Notes under the pieces: model-generated | Database searches by the model: none | What the model was told of the DNA's origin: nothing | Seen by the model: only the letters and a program-made list of their open reading frames with translations | In this document: piece by piece, positions 8,084 to 17,140 of the stretch | Layout of the letters: every line of letters starts with the position of its first letter | Numbering within the stretch: position 1 is the stretch's first letter | Translations under genes and position numbers: made by a program | Source of the DNA: an uncultured Candidatus Micrarchaeota archaeon | GTDB lineage: Archaea > Micrarchaeota > Micrarchaeia > Burarchaeales > Fermentimicrarchaeaceae | DNA: 42,474 nt | Direction of reading: 5' to 3' | NCBI GenBank assembly: GCA_963760615.1 | Contig: CAVXDX010000005.1 | Span: 1-42,474 of the forward strand

Positions 8084-8595
8084 TCAAACCACCTCATTTT
8101 CAATATATTTCTAGAATAACATTACCTAAGGCTGACAGGTTCCAACCAATGGCTTCTCCCCACTGAAGTTGTAAGTCTGTCCGTATACTGAATCAACATA
8201 TGTTATCACAGTTGTCATCGAGTATGAATTTCCAGAAGTGCAGGAAGGCACACTTGTAAGACTTAGGTTACTAGAAGAACCTGGCGCCAGTGGTAAACTG
8301 GTGCCTGTCATCACATTAGTGCCGCTCATCCAAACCTTTGTCACGTTCACTGCAAACAGCCTGTTGTTCCTTATAACTAACATGCTAGTACCTGCAGTTG
8401 TAGATATAAAATACCTCGTTATCCCTACATCAGCGCCAGCCCAGTAGGAAGCAGAATCCCTCTCAGAAACTCCTCTCGTCATGCCTGGGAATCCTCCAAT
8501 GACACCTATGACAATAAGGGCGATTATGACAACTACTGCCAGTATGATCAGATACTCAATGGCCGCCTGTCCTCTTTTCATTCAAACCACCTCAT
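7953..8595 (+). repeat. 145-bp exact direct repeat (7953-8097 and 8451-8595) covering the 5' ends of both pilin genes
   Basis: Base-by-base comparison shows identity from gcagaatccc to caaaccacctcat, offset 498 bp. A second 33-bp exact repeat lies at 7593-7625 and 8130-8162. Confidence 0.95.
8126..8581 (-). CDS. Class III signal-peptide (type IV pilin-like) protein, copy B
   Basis: Same first 44 aa as copy A and the same GEKPLVGTCQP C-terminus; two Cys; three N-x-S/T sequons. Confidence 0.9.
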   Translation of the reverse strand: MKRGQAAIEYLIILAVVVIIALIVIGVIGGFPGMTRGVSERDSASYWAGADVGITRYFISTTAGTSMLVIRNNRLFAVNVTKVWMSGTNVMTGTSLPLAPGSSSNLSLTSVPSCTSGNSYSMTTVITYVDSVYGQTYNFSGEKPLVGTCQP

Positions 8596-8711
8596 CTTAG
8601 CATTATTTTTACAACTAGCTAGTAATTATTTGAGGTTATTTTTAAACCTATCGTCCGAGAATAGTAGATAAATATTATAATACCCTTTTTCATATACTCC
8701 TCTGTGATGAG

Positions 8712-9932
8712 ATGGCTAAGAAAAGGATTCTAGTGCTCTGCGTAGACAGGGACAACGACCTATATGAGAAGGTCAAGGTAGTGGGTCCAATAGTGGGAAA
8801 GCAGGCCAACGTAGAGGCGGCCACAAAGCTCATTCTCAAGGACCCTGAAGAGGCGGATGCCAACACCATATTCGAGGCTGTGAGGATATACGACGAAATA
8901 TCAAAGGAGAACAACGCCGAGGTTGTCACCCTCACTGGGGACAGAAGCCTGGGCTATTTCGCAGACAGGGAGATTACCAAGCAGCTTGATTCTGTTCTGA
9001 GGAATTTCCGCGCGGACTCCTGCATACTGGTTTCAGATGGCGCCAGCGATGAGCAGGTCACACCCATCATACAGTCAAGGGTGAAGATAGATTCGGTGAA
9101 GCTTGTTGTGATGAAGCAGGCCAAGGAGCTTGAGAAAACATACTTTGTGCTTCTCGAGAAGCTAAAGGAGCCGCACTACGCCAGAATTGTGTGGGGCATC
9201 CCCGCGCTGGTCATTCTAATGCTCATAATAAGCGAGTTTCTCGGCTATGGATGGAAGCTTGCCGGAATTGCCATAGGGTTGTACCTCCTCGTAATGGCCG
9301 CGGGAGTTGAGGAGAACATCATAAGGGCCTTCTCTGGCTTCCACTTCTCTGTTGAGAAGATAAGCTTCATCCTATACCTCTCCGCGCTGCCGCTTCTGAT
9401 AATTTCATTGGTTCTGGGCTACCAGGAATTCCTCACAAGGTTGCCGGAAACTCCGGAAACGCTGAAGCTTGTCGCCTACGTGCTGCTGAAGATACTGCTC
9501 ATACTGCCCTGGGCAATTGTGCTGCTGATACTCGGTAGGATTCTGGACCTGCTGCATGAGAAGAAGAAATACGCGGTTGTGAAATACGGGCTGTATGCTG
9601 TGAGCGTTTTCATACTGTGGGCGGTTTTCACGGTTGCAAGCGAGTGGGTTGTTGCAACTGTGTACTTCTCAGACTTCGTGGAAACGCTCATCGCAGGAAT
9701 GTTTGTCGCGTTCATATCCATAAGAGTAATGGAGTGGATGAAGATGACGCTGCTTACCTCCATGAAGCTTGAGAGCAAGGAGGTGCTGACCGAGCTTGGA
9801 GCCTACATAGGAAAGGTAGTGGGCGTCGACAAGAGGAAGAACCTCATCATAGTGCAGACTCCTTTCGGGCATAGACTGGATTTCGACTTTGACAGGATTT
9901 CAGATGTCGGGGAAAGAGTGATGATTAAATAG
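8712..9932 (+). CDS. DUF373 family membrane protein with a C-terminal PRC-barrel-like domain
   Basis: LVLCVDRDNDL, DPEEADANTIF and LVSDGASDE are DUF373 motifs, followed by several TM helices. The tail EVLTELGAYIGKVVGV...FDRISDVGERVMI resembles a PRC barrel. Confidence 0.85.
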   Translation: MAKKRILVLCVDRDNDLYEKVKVVGPIVGKQANVEAATKLILKDPEEADANTIFEAVRIYDEISKENNAEVVTLTGDRSLGYFADREITKQLDSVLRNFRADSCILVSDGASDEQVTPIIQSRVKIDSVKLVVMKQAKELEKTYFVLLEKLKEPHYARIVWGIPALVILMLIISEFLGYGWKLAGIAIGLYLLVMAAGVEENIIRAFSGFHFSVEKISFILYLSALPLLIISLVLGYQEFLTRLPETPETLKLVAYVLLKILLILPWAIVLLILGRILDLLHEKKKYAVVKYGLYAVSVFILWAVFTVASEWVVATVYFSDFVETLIAGMFVAFISIRVMEWMKMTLLTSMKLESKEVLTELGAYIGKVVGVDKRKNLIIVQTPFGHRLDFDFDRISDVGERVMIK

Positions 9933-11876
9933 CTACCTTATGATACCCTCCATCTCCTTGATGAGCTCATCCTTTCTGCTGCTTTCCTTGAGGGACGCCT
10001 CAAGAACTTCAATGATATTGCTCACGGGAATTATTTTCACCTTCCCCACCTTGTCCTTGCTAAGGTAAACATCCTCCTCATTCGCTTTTGGAATAATCAC
10101 CTTCTTCATCCCGGCTTCTATGGCAGCCTCCACCTTTGCCGTTATGCCGCCGACAGGGAGAACCTGGCCCCTCACGCTGAGTGAGCCAGTCATTGCTGTG
10201 CTCTGGTCGACTGCAACGCTTTCCATGGCGGATATGACAGATACCGCTATTGATATGCTCGCGCTGTCCCCCTCAACTCCTTCATACGTCTGCAGGAACT
10301 GGACGTGCATATCATACTGGGAAACATCCTTTCCCATGTGCTTCTTTATTATTGCGCTGACATTCTCAACAGCCTCCTTTGCAATTTTGCCCAGCTTTCC
10401 TGTCGCTATGAGCTTCCCCTCACTCTTTGAGGATGCAGGCGTGACCTCAGCAACTATGGGCATTATTATGCCGGATGAGCCGTCTCCCATCACCGCCAGC
10501 CCATTCACCTTGCCCACCGCATACCCCCTGTTCACGAATACCTTGTAATCCTTTCTCAAATCAATGACCTGCTGCGAGACCTGCTGCTCAAGGGTTCGGG
10601 CAACCCCCTTCGCAGTAAGCACATGCTTCAGCTCAACAAGCTTTGCCACCTCCTCAACTGCAACGTCTCCCGCAGCCCTCACAATCCCTCCTAACTCTCT
10701 GAACCTCAGGCTCAGTCTCTTCTTCCTGCCCGCCCTCTTCCTTGCTTCCTCAATGATTTCTTCAACAGCCTCCTTTGTGAAGTGGGGTATCTTCCCGTCC
10801 TTCTGAACCTCCTGGGCGACGAACCTCACGAGCTTGTTCCTGTTCTCCTCATTGTCAGGCATTGTGTCGTCCATGTATATCTCGTAACCATAACCGCGTA
10901 TTCTTGAGCGCAGTGCCGGGTGCATCTTCTGGATGTCTATAAGATTCCCAGCTGCAACGAGCACGAAATCCGCCGGGACAGGCTCAGTCTTCACAATTGC
11001 CCCACTGCTCAGCTCGCTCTGCCCTGTTATTGGGTACTTCTTCTCCTGCATTGCGGTGAGCAAGTCCTGCTGCGACTTCGGCACAAGTGAGGAAACCTCA
11101 TCCAAGAATAAAACTCCCTTGTTGCTCCTGTGAATTGCGCCTGCTTCCACTCTAAGATGCGCGGGTGTGCCAAGTCCCCCCGACTGCAAGGGATCATGCC
11201 GGACGTCTCCAAACAATGCTCCTGCCTTCGCGCCTGTTGCATCAACAAACGGCGCTGCCTTCTTCCCTGAGTTATCAACAATGAGCTTTGGCTCGTTGCT
11301 CTCGAACCCGCCGACTCTTCTGGATACTCCAGAAGCAAGAACCATTGCAGCGCCAAACACGAATAAACCGAGAACTGCTGCAGCTATCACCCATTTGTTG
11401 TCACCCTGCACAAAACCTGAGAAGGAAAGGTACAGCAGTGCCAGGACGAGCACGAGCAGCATGAGGAAGGATGGAGAGAAACCACCGCCTCCGCCCATCC
11501 TCTTCATTCTAACCTCCTCAATAATCCTCCTCCCCTCCCCTATTTCCGGAGCCCCTTTCGGCAGCTTCCTGTCCTTTGGGTACGTCTTGACAACCCTCAC
11601 AAGCGGCATATTCTCGTCAAGGGGGTTGGGATAGATGAGCACATCCTCTAGCTCCTCAGCAGGCATCAGCTCTGCCATTGCTTGAGCCAGCATTGACTTT
11701 CCAGTCCCCGGCGACCCCATGAGCAGTATGTTCCTTCTCTGCTTGGCTGCCTTCTTTATTATGTTCACTGCCCTGTCCTGCCCTATTACCTGGTCGACCA
11801 GCTTCGTAGGAACCTCTATCTCCCCGGTATTTCTATACTTCAACTCAGATTTAGCCAACTTAGCCATTTCGTCCAC
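9933..11876 (-). CDS. lonB: Archaeal membrane-anchored ATP-dependent protease LonB
   Basis: Walker A GSPGTGKS, two-TM insertion, Walker B LFLDEV, catalytic Ser in GDSASIS and Lys in [10 protein letters not shown]. Confidence 0.97.
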   Translation of the reverse strand: MDEMAKLAKSELKYRNTGEIEVPTKLVDQVIGQDRAVNIIKKAAKQRRNILLMGSPGTGKSMLAQAMAELMPAEELEDVLIYPNPLDENMPLVRVVKTYPKDRKLPKGAPEIGEGRRIIEEVRMKRMGGGGGFSPSFLMLLVLVLALLYLSFSGFVQGDNKWVIAAAVLGLFVFGAAMVLASGVSRRVGGFESNEPKLIVDNSGKKAAPFVDATGAKAGALFGDVRHDPLQSGGLGTPAHLRVEAGAIHRSNKGVLFLDEVSSLVPKSQQDLLTAMQEKKYPITGQSELSSGAIVKTEPVPADFVLVAAGNLIDIQKMHPALRSRIRGYGYEIYMDDTMPDNEENRNKLVRFVAQEVQKDGKIPHFTKEAVEEIIEEARKRAGRKKRLSLRFRELGGIVRAAGDVAVEEVAKLVELKHVLTAKGVARTLEQQVSQQVIDLRKDYKVFVNRGYAVGKVNGLAVMGDGSSGIIMPIVAEVTPASSKSEGKLIATGKLGKIAKEAVENVSAIIKKHMGKDVSQYDMHVQFLQTYEGVEGDSASISIAVSVISAMESVAVDQSTAMTGSLSVRGQVLPVGGITAKVEAAIEAGMKKVIIPKANEEDVYLSKDKVGKVKIIPVSNIIEVLEASLKESSRKDELIKEMEGIIR

Positions 11877-11979
11877 TCTAAATGTATTTCTTCAGAAGCT
11901 TATTTATTGTTAATGCAGCATCTCTTGAGTAAACGCTAATAATTTTAATATATTCCATTACTAACTAAAGCAGGTGAAT

Positions 11980-13200
11980 ATGCCATTCGCAAACAACACC
12001 CTCTCACAGAGGATGGAGCATGCCTACTACCCAATACGGGAGCTCTTCCCCCTCTCTGAGGAAATAAGGAAAACAGGTGCAGAGGTATACAACGCCAGCA
12101 TAGGCGACCCTGTTCCATACCTCGGCCCTGCCAAGTATGTTATGAAAGCATATTGCAAAGCACTGAAGGAAGGCAAGGTCTACTACTCCCGCTCGCCCGG
12201 GGACTTTGAGTTCCTTGATGAGATTGCGGGGAGGTATAAGAGGTTGTACAACCTCGATATTGACTCATCAAAAATATTCGTCACTCAGGGCCTGAGCGAG
12301 GCTCTGATGTTCCTTGCAGAGTCTCTCATGGAAAAGGGGCGAGGAGCAGTTCTTTTCACCCCCTACTACCCAGTGTATGCCCCAACAGTGAAACTGTTTG
12401 ATGGAACAGTGGTGCTCAGCGAGCTGAGTGAGGAGCAGGGCTGGATTCCTTCAAAGGAGGATTTGGAGGAGAAGATAAGGAAAGCAAAAGACGCAGGAGT
12501 GGATGTGAAGTTCATACTCATAACCAACCCCAACAACCCAACAGGCTCAATGTGCAGCAGGAAAGATTTGCAGTATGTTGTGGAAGTTGCCAAGGATAAC
12601 GATTTGCTCATCATCTCGGATGAAATCTATGATGAGATGATTCTTGTTAGGGAGAAGATGACGTGCATTGGAGAGGTTGCGAAAGGAGTGCCCCATGTCA
12701 TAATGAATGGTTTGTCAAAGAACTGGGGGGGCACCGGGTTGAGGGTTGGCTGGGTTGCCATACCAGAGGATGACGAGGGTTCAAAGAAGCTGCGGGAAGG
12801 CTTCGGCAATCTTCTGACAATGAGGCTGTGCGCCAGCACGCCTGCTCAGATTGCAGGCATTGAGGCGCTCAGGAATGTCAAGGCGCACAAAAGATTCCTG
12901 AGATATCTTATAAAGAACATAAGGGAAAGAGCAGAGTTCATGCAGAAGCGGTTGAATGAGATTCAAGGAGTGAGCTGCCAGAAGGCAAAAGGAGCTTTCT
13001 ACCTCTTCCCGAAGCTTGACTTGGAAAGAACAAAATTCAAGAACGACAAGGAGTTCTACACAGAGCTGCTTAGAAAAGAGCATGTGTGGGTCACAAGGGG
13101 AAGCGGCTTCGGGCTCGACTCTCACCTGAGGATAACCGCCCTGCCCCCAGTTGAGATCCTTGGAAAGGTCGCACAGGGAATTGAGAATTTGATGAGGTGA
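11980..13200 (+). CDS. PLP-dependent aminotransferase class I/II
   Basis: SIGDP, NPNNPTG, ISDEIYD and GLSKNWGGTGLRVGW (PLP lysine) motifs. Confidence 0.93.
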   Translation: MPFANNTLSQRMEHAYYPIRELFPLSEEIRKTGAEVYNASIGDPVPYLGPAKYVMKAYCKALKEGKVYYSRSPGDFEFLDEIAGRYKRLYNLDIDSSKIFVTQGLSEALMFLAESLMEKGRGAVLFTPYYPVYAPTVKLFDGTVVLSELSEEQGWIPSKEDLEEKIRKAKDAGVDVKFILITNPNNPTGSMCSRKDLQYVVEVAKDNDLLIISDEIYDEMILVREKMTCIGEVAKGVPHVIMNGLSKNWGGTGLRVGWVAIPEDDEGSKKLREGFGNLLTMRLCASTPAQIAGIEALRNVKAHKRFLRYLIKNIRERAEFMQKRLNEIQGVSCQKAKGAFYLFPKLDLERTKFKNDKEFYTELLRKEHVWVTRGSGFGLDSHLRITALPPVEILGKVAQGIENLMR

Positions 13201-13204
13201 TGAA

Positions 13205-13468
13205 ATGCTGCCGAAAATCTCAAAGGTTGCATTGAAACAGGGTAAAATTGACATAAAGGTGATGCGCTCAGGCACATTGCAGTTCCAGGAGTTTGTTGTC
13301 AAGAGGCTGCCACTGCCAATCGGCCAATACCCTGTGCTTTTTATTGACAAGTTCATTGACATGAGCGAACTTCTCAGGCTGGCTGAGGAGTGCCAGCTTC
13401 CAGTTTCAGCAAAGAACGGGACGGCCTTCCCGAGAGGAAAGACCTCAAAGGATTTTGTCGGACTCTAG
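13205..13468 (+). CDS. Small hypothetical protein (87 aa)
   Basis: GAGGTGA RBS overlapping the aminotransferase stop, 4-bp gap, plausible globular composition; no recognised motif. Confidence 0.7.
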   Translation: MLPKISKVALKQGKIDIKVMRSGTLQFQEFVVKRLPLPIGQYPVLFIDKFIDMSELLRLAEECQLPVSAKNGTAFPRGKTSKDFVGL

Positions 13469-13472
13469 CATA

Positions 13473-14432
13473 TTAGTCCCATTTTGCAACCCACTCAACT
13501 GCTGCTTCTCCTCCCAAGAACTTATTAAATCTGTGAATCACTACGCCAGGGTGAATGATTACGGGAACTGTTTCATCCGGACCAGCTATACTAATCTCCC
13601 ACACTTTTCCAGTTCTATCGATGTAATGCCTAGCCGTAAATTCTCCCTTATATCCTTTTATGCCCTCCTTTAATTCGAACGTCTCCTCATCTTTAAAAGT
13701 TTTAATTGATCTCACGGCCTTTCCGCTCTCAATCCGCCCTTGCATCTTTTCCCTGTAGTTCCACATATCAATTTCAACCCCCTCTGCCCATGGCGGCTTG
13801 TTAATTCTTAGTGATTTCAACCTTGCTTCTCTTCTTCCGACGAGTCTGTAAGTTATGTCAGTTGAGCTGTGCGCTCCCTCGCTCTCATATCTTAGTGTGA
13901 ATCTTCCCTCTCCATCATGGCGTATAGACAATTTCCTCTTCTCCTCGTTCTCAAATATCCCCCCGATCCAGGCATCTCCTTCTAACCGCATTCTCATCTT
14001 CCCAAACGATGGCTGCTCGACTATCCTCATTTTGAAATCAGGGATTTTCTCCACAATTTTTCCCAGTTCTACACAAAACTCCTCTTCAGGCTCTGCGCAT
14101 GTTGCGTTGCAATGTGTTACCGCAGGATGATCGAACCAGACACTCTTGAAAATTTTCATTTTTTCATTTCGTATAATTCCCTCTTTCTGGATAACAATAC
14201 CCACTACACGTGCGTAGTTCTCGCCATACTTCTCAAGTGCAAGGGTGAGAGATTTGCCTCCCTCAAAGAATGTGCTGCCTAGGTATTTTTTTGGGATTCT
14301 GTTCATAATGTCGTCATACTTTTCATTATCCAACTCAAACCCCTTCCTAAGCCTAACCTCGTCGTAATCCTTCTTGGCTATCTCCCTCGTCTCTACCTCA
14401 AATTCTCTTTGGATGGTCTTCAGCATCACCAT
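13473..14432 (-). CDS. Hypothetical protein (about 319 aa, no recognised domain)
   Basis: Long open frame with genome-typical Glu/Lys-rich composition filling the gap between two genes. Start set at ATG 14432 to avoid overlapping the helicase. Confidence 0.75.
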   Translation of the reverse strand: MVMLKTIQREFEVETREIAKKDYDEVRLRKGFELDNEKYDDIMNRIPKKYLGSTFFEGGKSLTLALEKYGENYARVVGIVIQKEGIIRNEKMKIFKSVWFDHPAVTHCNATCAEPEEEFCVELGKIVEKIPDFKMRIVEQPSFGKMRMRLEGDAWIGGIFENEEKRKLSIRHDGEGRFTLRYESEGAHSSTDITYRLVGRREARLKSLRINKPPWAEGVEIDMWNYREKMQGRIESGKAVRSIKTFKDEETFELKEGIKGYKGEFTARHYIDRTGKVWEISIAGPDETVPVIIHPGVVIHRFNKFLGGEAAVEWVAKWD

Positions 14433-14505
14433 GGGTGAATTATGCCATTTATAGTATTTAAACTTAAACGAAGCCTGTTTATTGTTTTCCTGCAAAATAT
14501 AACTG

Positions 14506-16689
14506 ATGCTTTCCCTAGACGCTGAGTTGAAGGAGTTTCTTGAGAAAGGGGACTCCGCCCATTTCGGGGAGGTTGAACTTTCAAAAGAGATAGCAGGAGT
14601 GCTGCAAGCAAGGGGAATTGAAAAGCTGTACAAGCACCAGGCAGAAGGGATAAGGAAGGTGAGGAAAGGGAAGAATGTCGTTGTGACTGCACCAACTGCT
14701 TCAGGCAAGAGTGAAATTTACCTCATCCCAATAATTGAAGCTGCTTTGGAAGGGCAGAGAAGTATTGTTGTTTATCCAACCAAAGCGCTTTCCAGAGACC
14801 AGCTCGCACGCTTCCGTGAATTTGCTTTGCTCGGAGTGAAGAGCGAAGTATACGATGGCGACACTTCCTCAAGCATGCGTGAGAAGATTAGAAAGGAATT
14901 GCCCCACGTGCTCATAACGAACATGGACATGCTGCACTTCATCCTTCTGAACTCCCATCTTTTCAGGAAGTTCCTCTCTTCTTTGAAATATGTCGTTATA
15001 GATGAAATCCACACCTACACAGGCACATTCGGGAGCCACTCCTCAAACATAATAAAAAGGCTGAGAAGAGTGCATTCAAAATACTCAAAGAGGCAGCTGC
15101 AGTTCATCTGCTGCTCCGCAACAGTTGGAAATGCTCTTGACTTCGCAGAGCAGCTTGTTGGCTTGCCATTCTCCCTGGTTGACGCCCGCCATGCTCCAAG
15201 AAGCACAGTCCAGCACATCCTGCTCAACCCGAATCAGACAGCTGAGGGAAGGGAGAGCTACACCGCACTTGCATTGAAGGCTGCAAGGCAGCTCATGGGA
15301 GGAGGGCGGAAGCTGCTCATCTTCGGCAACAGCCACTCGGTTGTTGAGAGAATAGGCATCATTGCAAGGGAAACCAACCTGCACGGAATCAAAATCTACC
15401 GGGCAGGTTTGGACAGAGAGGAGAGAAAGCGTCTGGAGCAGGAGTTCAAGTCAGGCGCAACCGATGCGCTTGTCACAACTTCTGCTTTGGAGCTTGGCAT
15501 GGACATAGGTGCAGTTGATTCCGTAATCCTTGCAGGCTTTCCCGGGACTGTCACACGCGTCAGGCAAAGGATTGGCAGGGCAGGGAGGAGGGGAAAGGAG
15601 GCAAACGCAGTTTTCATCGCTCGCGACAACCCACTTGACCAGTACTACTTTGAAAACCCGAATGAATATCTGAAAGGAGAGCCTGAGAGCTGCTATGTGA
15701 ACCCGCAGAATGAATTCATCCTGAAGCCTCACCTGCTTTCCATGATGAGAGATTACCCTGCTGACATGAAGGAGATTGTTGCATTTCCAATGGGCGAGCA
15801 GCTCTTCTCCCAGTTAAGAGAGGAGGAATTGTGCAAGGAGTTCGCAGGAGGCTGGATTCCCACAAAGAAGGCCCTGCGGCAAATGAGGCAGATGAGCATA
15901 CGCAGTGCAGGAGAATCCATACGCATATACGATTCAGAGAAAGAAAAATTCATAGGGGAGAGGGAGGAGGCAATGGCATACAGCGAGCTCTTTCCCGGAG
16001 CCATTTACTTGCACGGAGGGGAGAAGTTCATTTCCGAAAAATTGGACTTGGGAAAGAAGACCGCGTTTGTGAGAAAGCTGGGTCATGAGATTTCCGAATA
16101 CACGGTTGCATTGCGCAACCGAGAGGCAGAGGTTACCGAGCTGCTCGGCGAAAGGAATTCTTTGGGAGGGCAGCTCTCATACGGAAAAGTGCACATCTCG
16201 GATGAGGTATACGGGTATATGCTGAAGGATTATTTTCATGAAACAATAAGCAGGCGTGCCCTTCTTGACGAGCCTCTGCAGTACGAGTTTGACAGCACTG
16301 CAGTTTGGTTTGACTTTCCCGAGGAGGTTGTCTTCAGCACTGAAGATTTTCCTTTTGGCCTGCATGCGGTTGAGCACGTCTCCATAGCAATGATGCCTGC
16401 TTTAACTGGAGCTGACCCTTCTGAAATCGGGGGAGTGAGCTACCCTGCCGGGAGGATGTATATATACGACTCAACTCCTCACGGTGCTGGCTTGTCAAAA
16501 ATCATCTTCGAGAAATTTGAAAGTGTGGAGCACATGGCCCTTTCCCGCTTGAGAAACTGCAGATGCGCCAGGGGCTGCCCTTCCTGCATACTGGATCCAC
16601 AGTGCGGGAACAACAACAGGCATCTTGACAAGAAGGCGGCAATTGACATTCTGGAGAAGATGAAGAAGGTGATAGATAAGAGGAAGTGA
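14506..16689 (+). CDS. SF2 DEAH-box helicase with C-terminal DUF1998 (MrfA/Hrq1/SftH-like)
   Basis: Q motif LYKHQ, APTASGKS, YPTKALSRDQ, DEIH, SAT, TSALELGMDIG, QRIGRAGR; C-terminal HAVEH...GG...IYD...GAG and CRCARGCPSC..DPQC Zn site. Confidence 0.93.
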   Translation: MLSLDAELKEFLEKGDSAHFGEVELSKEIAGVLQARGIEKLYKHQAEGIRKVRKGKNVVVTAPTASGKSEIYLIPIIEAALEGQRSIVVYPTKALSRDQLARFREFALLGVKSEVYDGDTSSSMREKIRKELPHVLITNMDMLHFILLNSHLFRKFLSSLKYVVIDEIHTYTGTFGSHSSNIIKRLRRVHSKYSKRQLQFICCSATVGNALDFAEQLVGLPFSLVDARHAPRSTVQHILLNPNQTAEGRESYTALALKAARQLMGGGRKLLIFGNSHSVVERIGIIARETNLHGIKIYRAGLDREERKRLEQEFKSGATDALVTTSALELGMDIGAVDSVILAGFPGTVTRVRQRIGRAGRRGKEANAVFIARDNPLDQYYFENPNEYLKGEPESCYVNPQNEFILKPHLLSMMRDYPADMKEIVAFPMGEQLFSQLREEELCKEFAGGWIPTKKALRQMRQMSIRSAGESIRIYDSEKEKFIGEREEAMAYSELFPGAIYLHGGEKFISEKLDLGKKTAFVRKLGHEISEYTVALRNREAEVTELLGERNSLGGQLSYGKVHISDEVYGYMLKDYFHETISRRALLDEPLQYEFDSTAVWFDFPEEVVFSTEDFPFGLHAVEHVSIAMMPALTGADPSEIGGVSYPAGRMYIYDSTPHGAGLSKIIFEKFESVEHMALSRLRNCRCARGCPSCILDPQCGNNNRHLDKKAAIDILEKMKKVIDKRK

Positions 16690-16693
16690 ATGC

Positions 16694-17089
16694 CTATTTC
16701 CTCTTCTTCCTCTCGCTTCTGAGCCCAACCCAGATGCCGTTCGGGTCCTTCACATACCCCATGGTCATGCCGTCATGCTCCCAGAGTTCAGTGGCGGCAG
16801 GTGCCCCCCGTGCAACAAGCTTCTCATACAGCTTCTTTGCATCATCCACTTCAAACATCAGGTGATCCAGCTCGCTCCCATTCTCCTTGTAAGGAGTATA
16901 CCACATGCAGTTCTTTGCGAAATACATAAGGTTGATGCGCTGCTTGCTGCCCTTGCTGAGGAGCATCACAATCTTCTCTCCCGGAACCCAGCTCTTCCTC
17001 CCAATGACTTTCATGCCAAGATATTTCGTGTAGAACTCCACGGATTTCTTCAAATCCTTAACTCTGATACTTGTGTAACTCAATTCCAT
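16694..17089 (-). CDS. VOC / glyoxalase-bleomycin resistance fold protein
   Basis: IRVKDLKKSVEFYTKYLGM, DHLMFEVDD and YVKDPNGIWV motifs. Confidence 0.9.
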   Translation of the reverse strand: MELSYTSIRVKDLKKSVEFYTKYLGMKVIGRKSWVPGEKIVMLLSKGSKQRINLMYFAKNCMWYTPYKENGSELDHLMFEVDDAKKLYEKLVARGAPAATELWEHDGMTMGYVKDPNGIWVGLRSERKKRK

Positions 17090-17140
17090 ACAATCACCGC
17101 GTATTAATTAGAAATAAGCTCTTTTATTCCTTATCACAAC

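Larger units (their letters stand above)
7554..8616. repeat. 12-bp perfect inverted repeat bracketing the pilin pair
   Basis: agttgtaaaaat at 7554-7565 is the reverse complement of atttttacaact at 8605-8616. Confidence 0.85.

Noticed and set aside
7953-8595. CRISPR array or transposon ends suggested by the repeats
   Set aside because: Only two long copies, both inside coding sequence, with no spacers, cas genes or transposase.
14433-14708. ORF-track N-terminal extension of the orphan at 13473
   Set aside because: It overlaps the helicase on the opposite strand and crosses the AT-rich promoter spacer.
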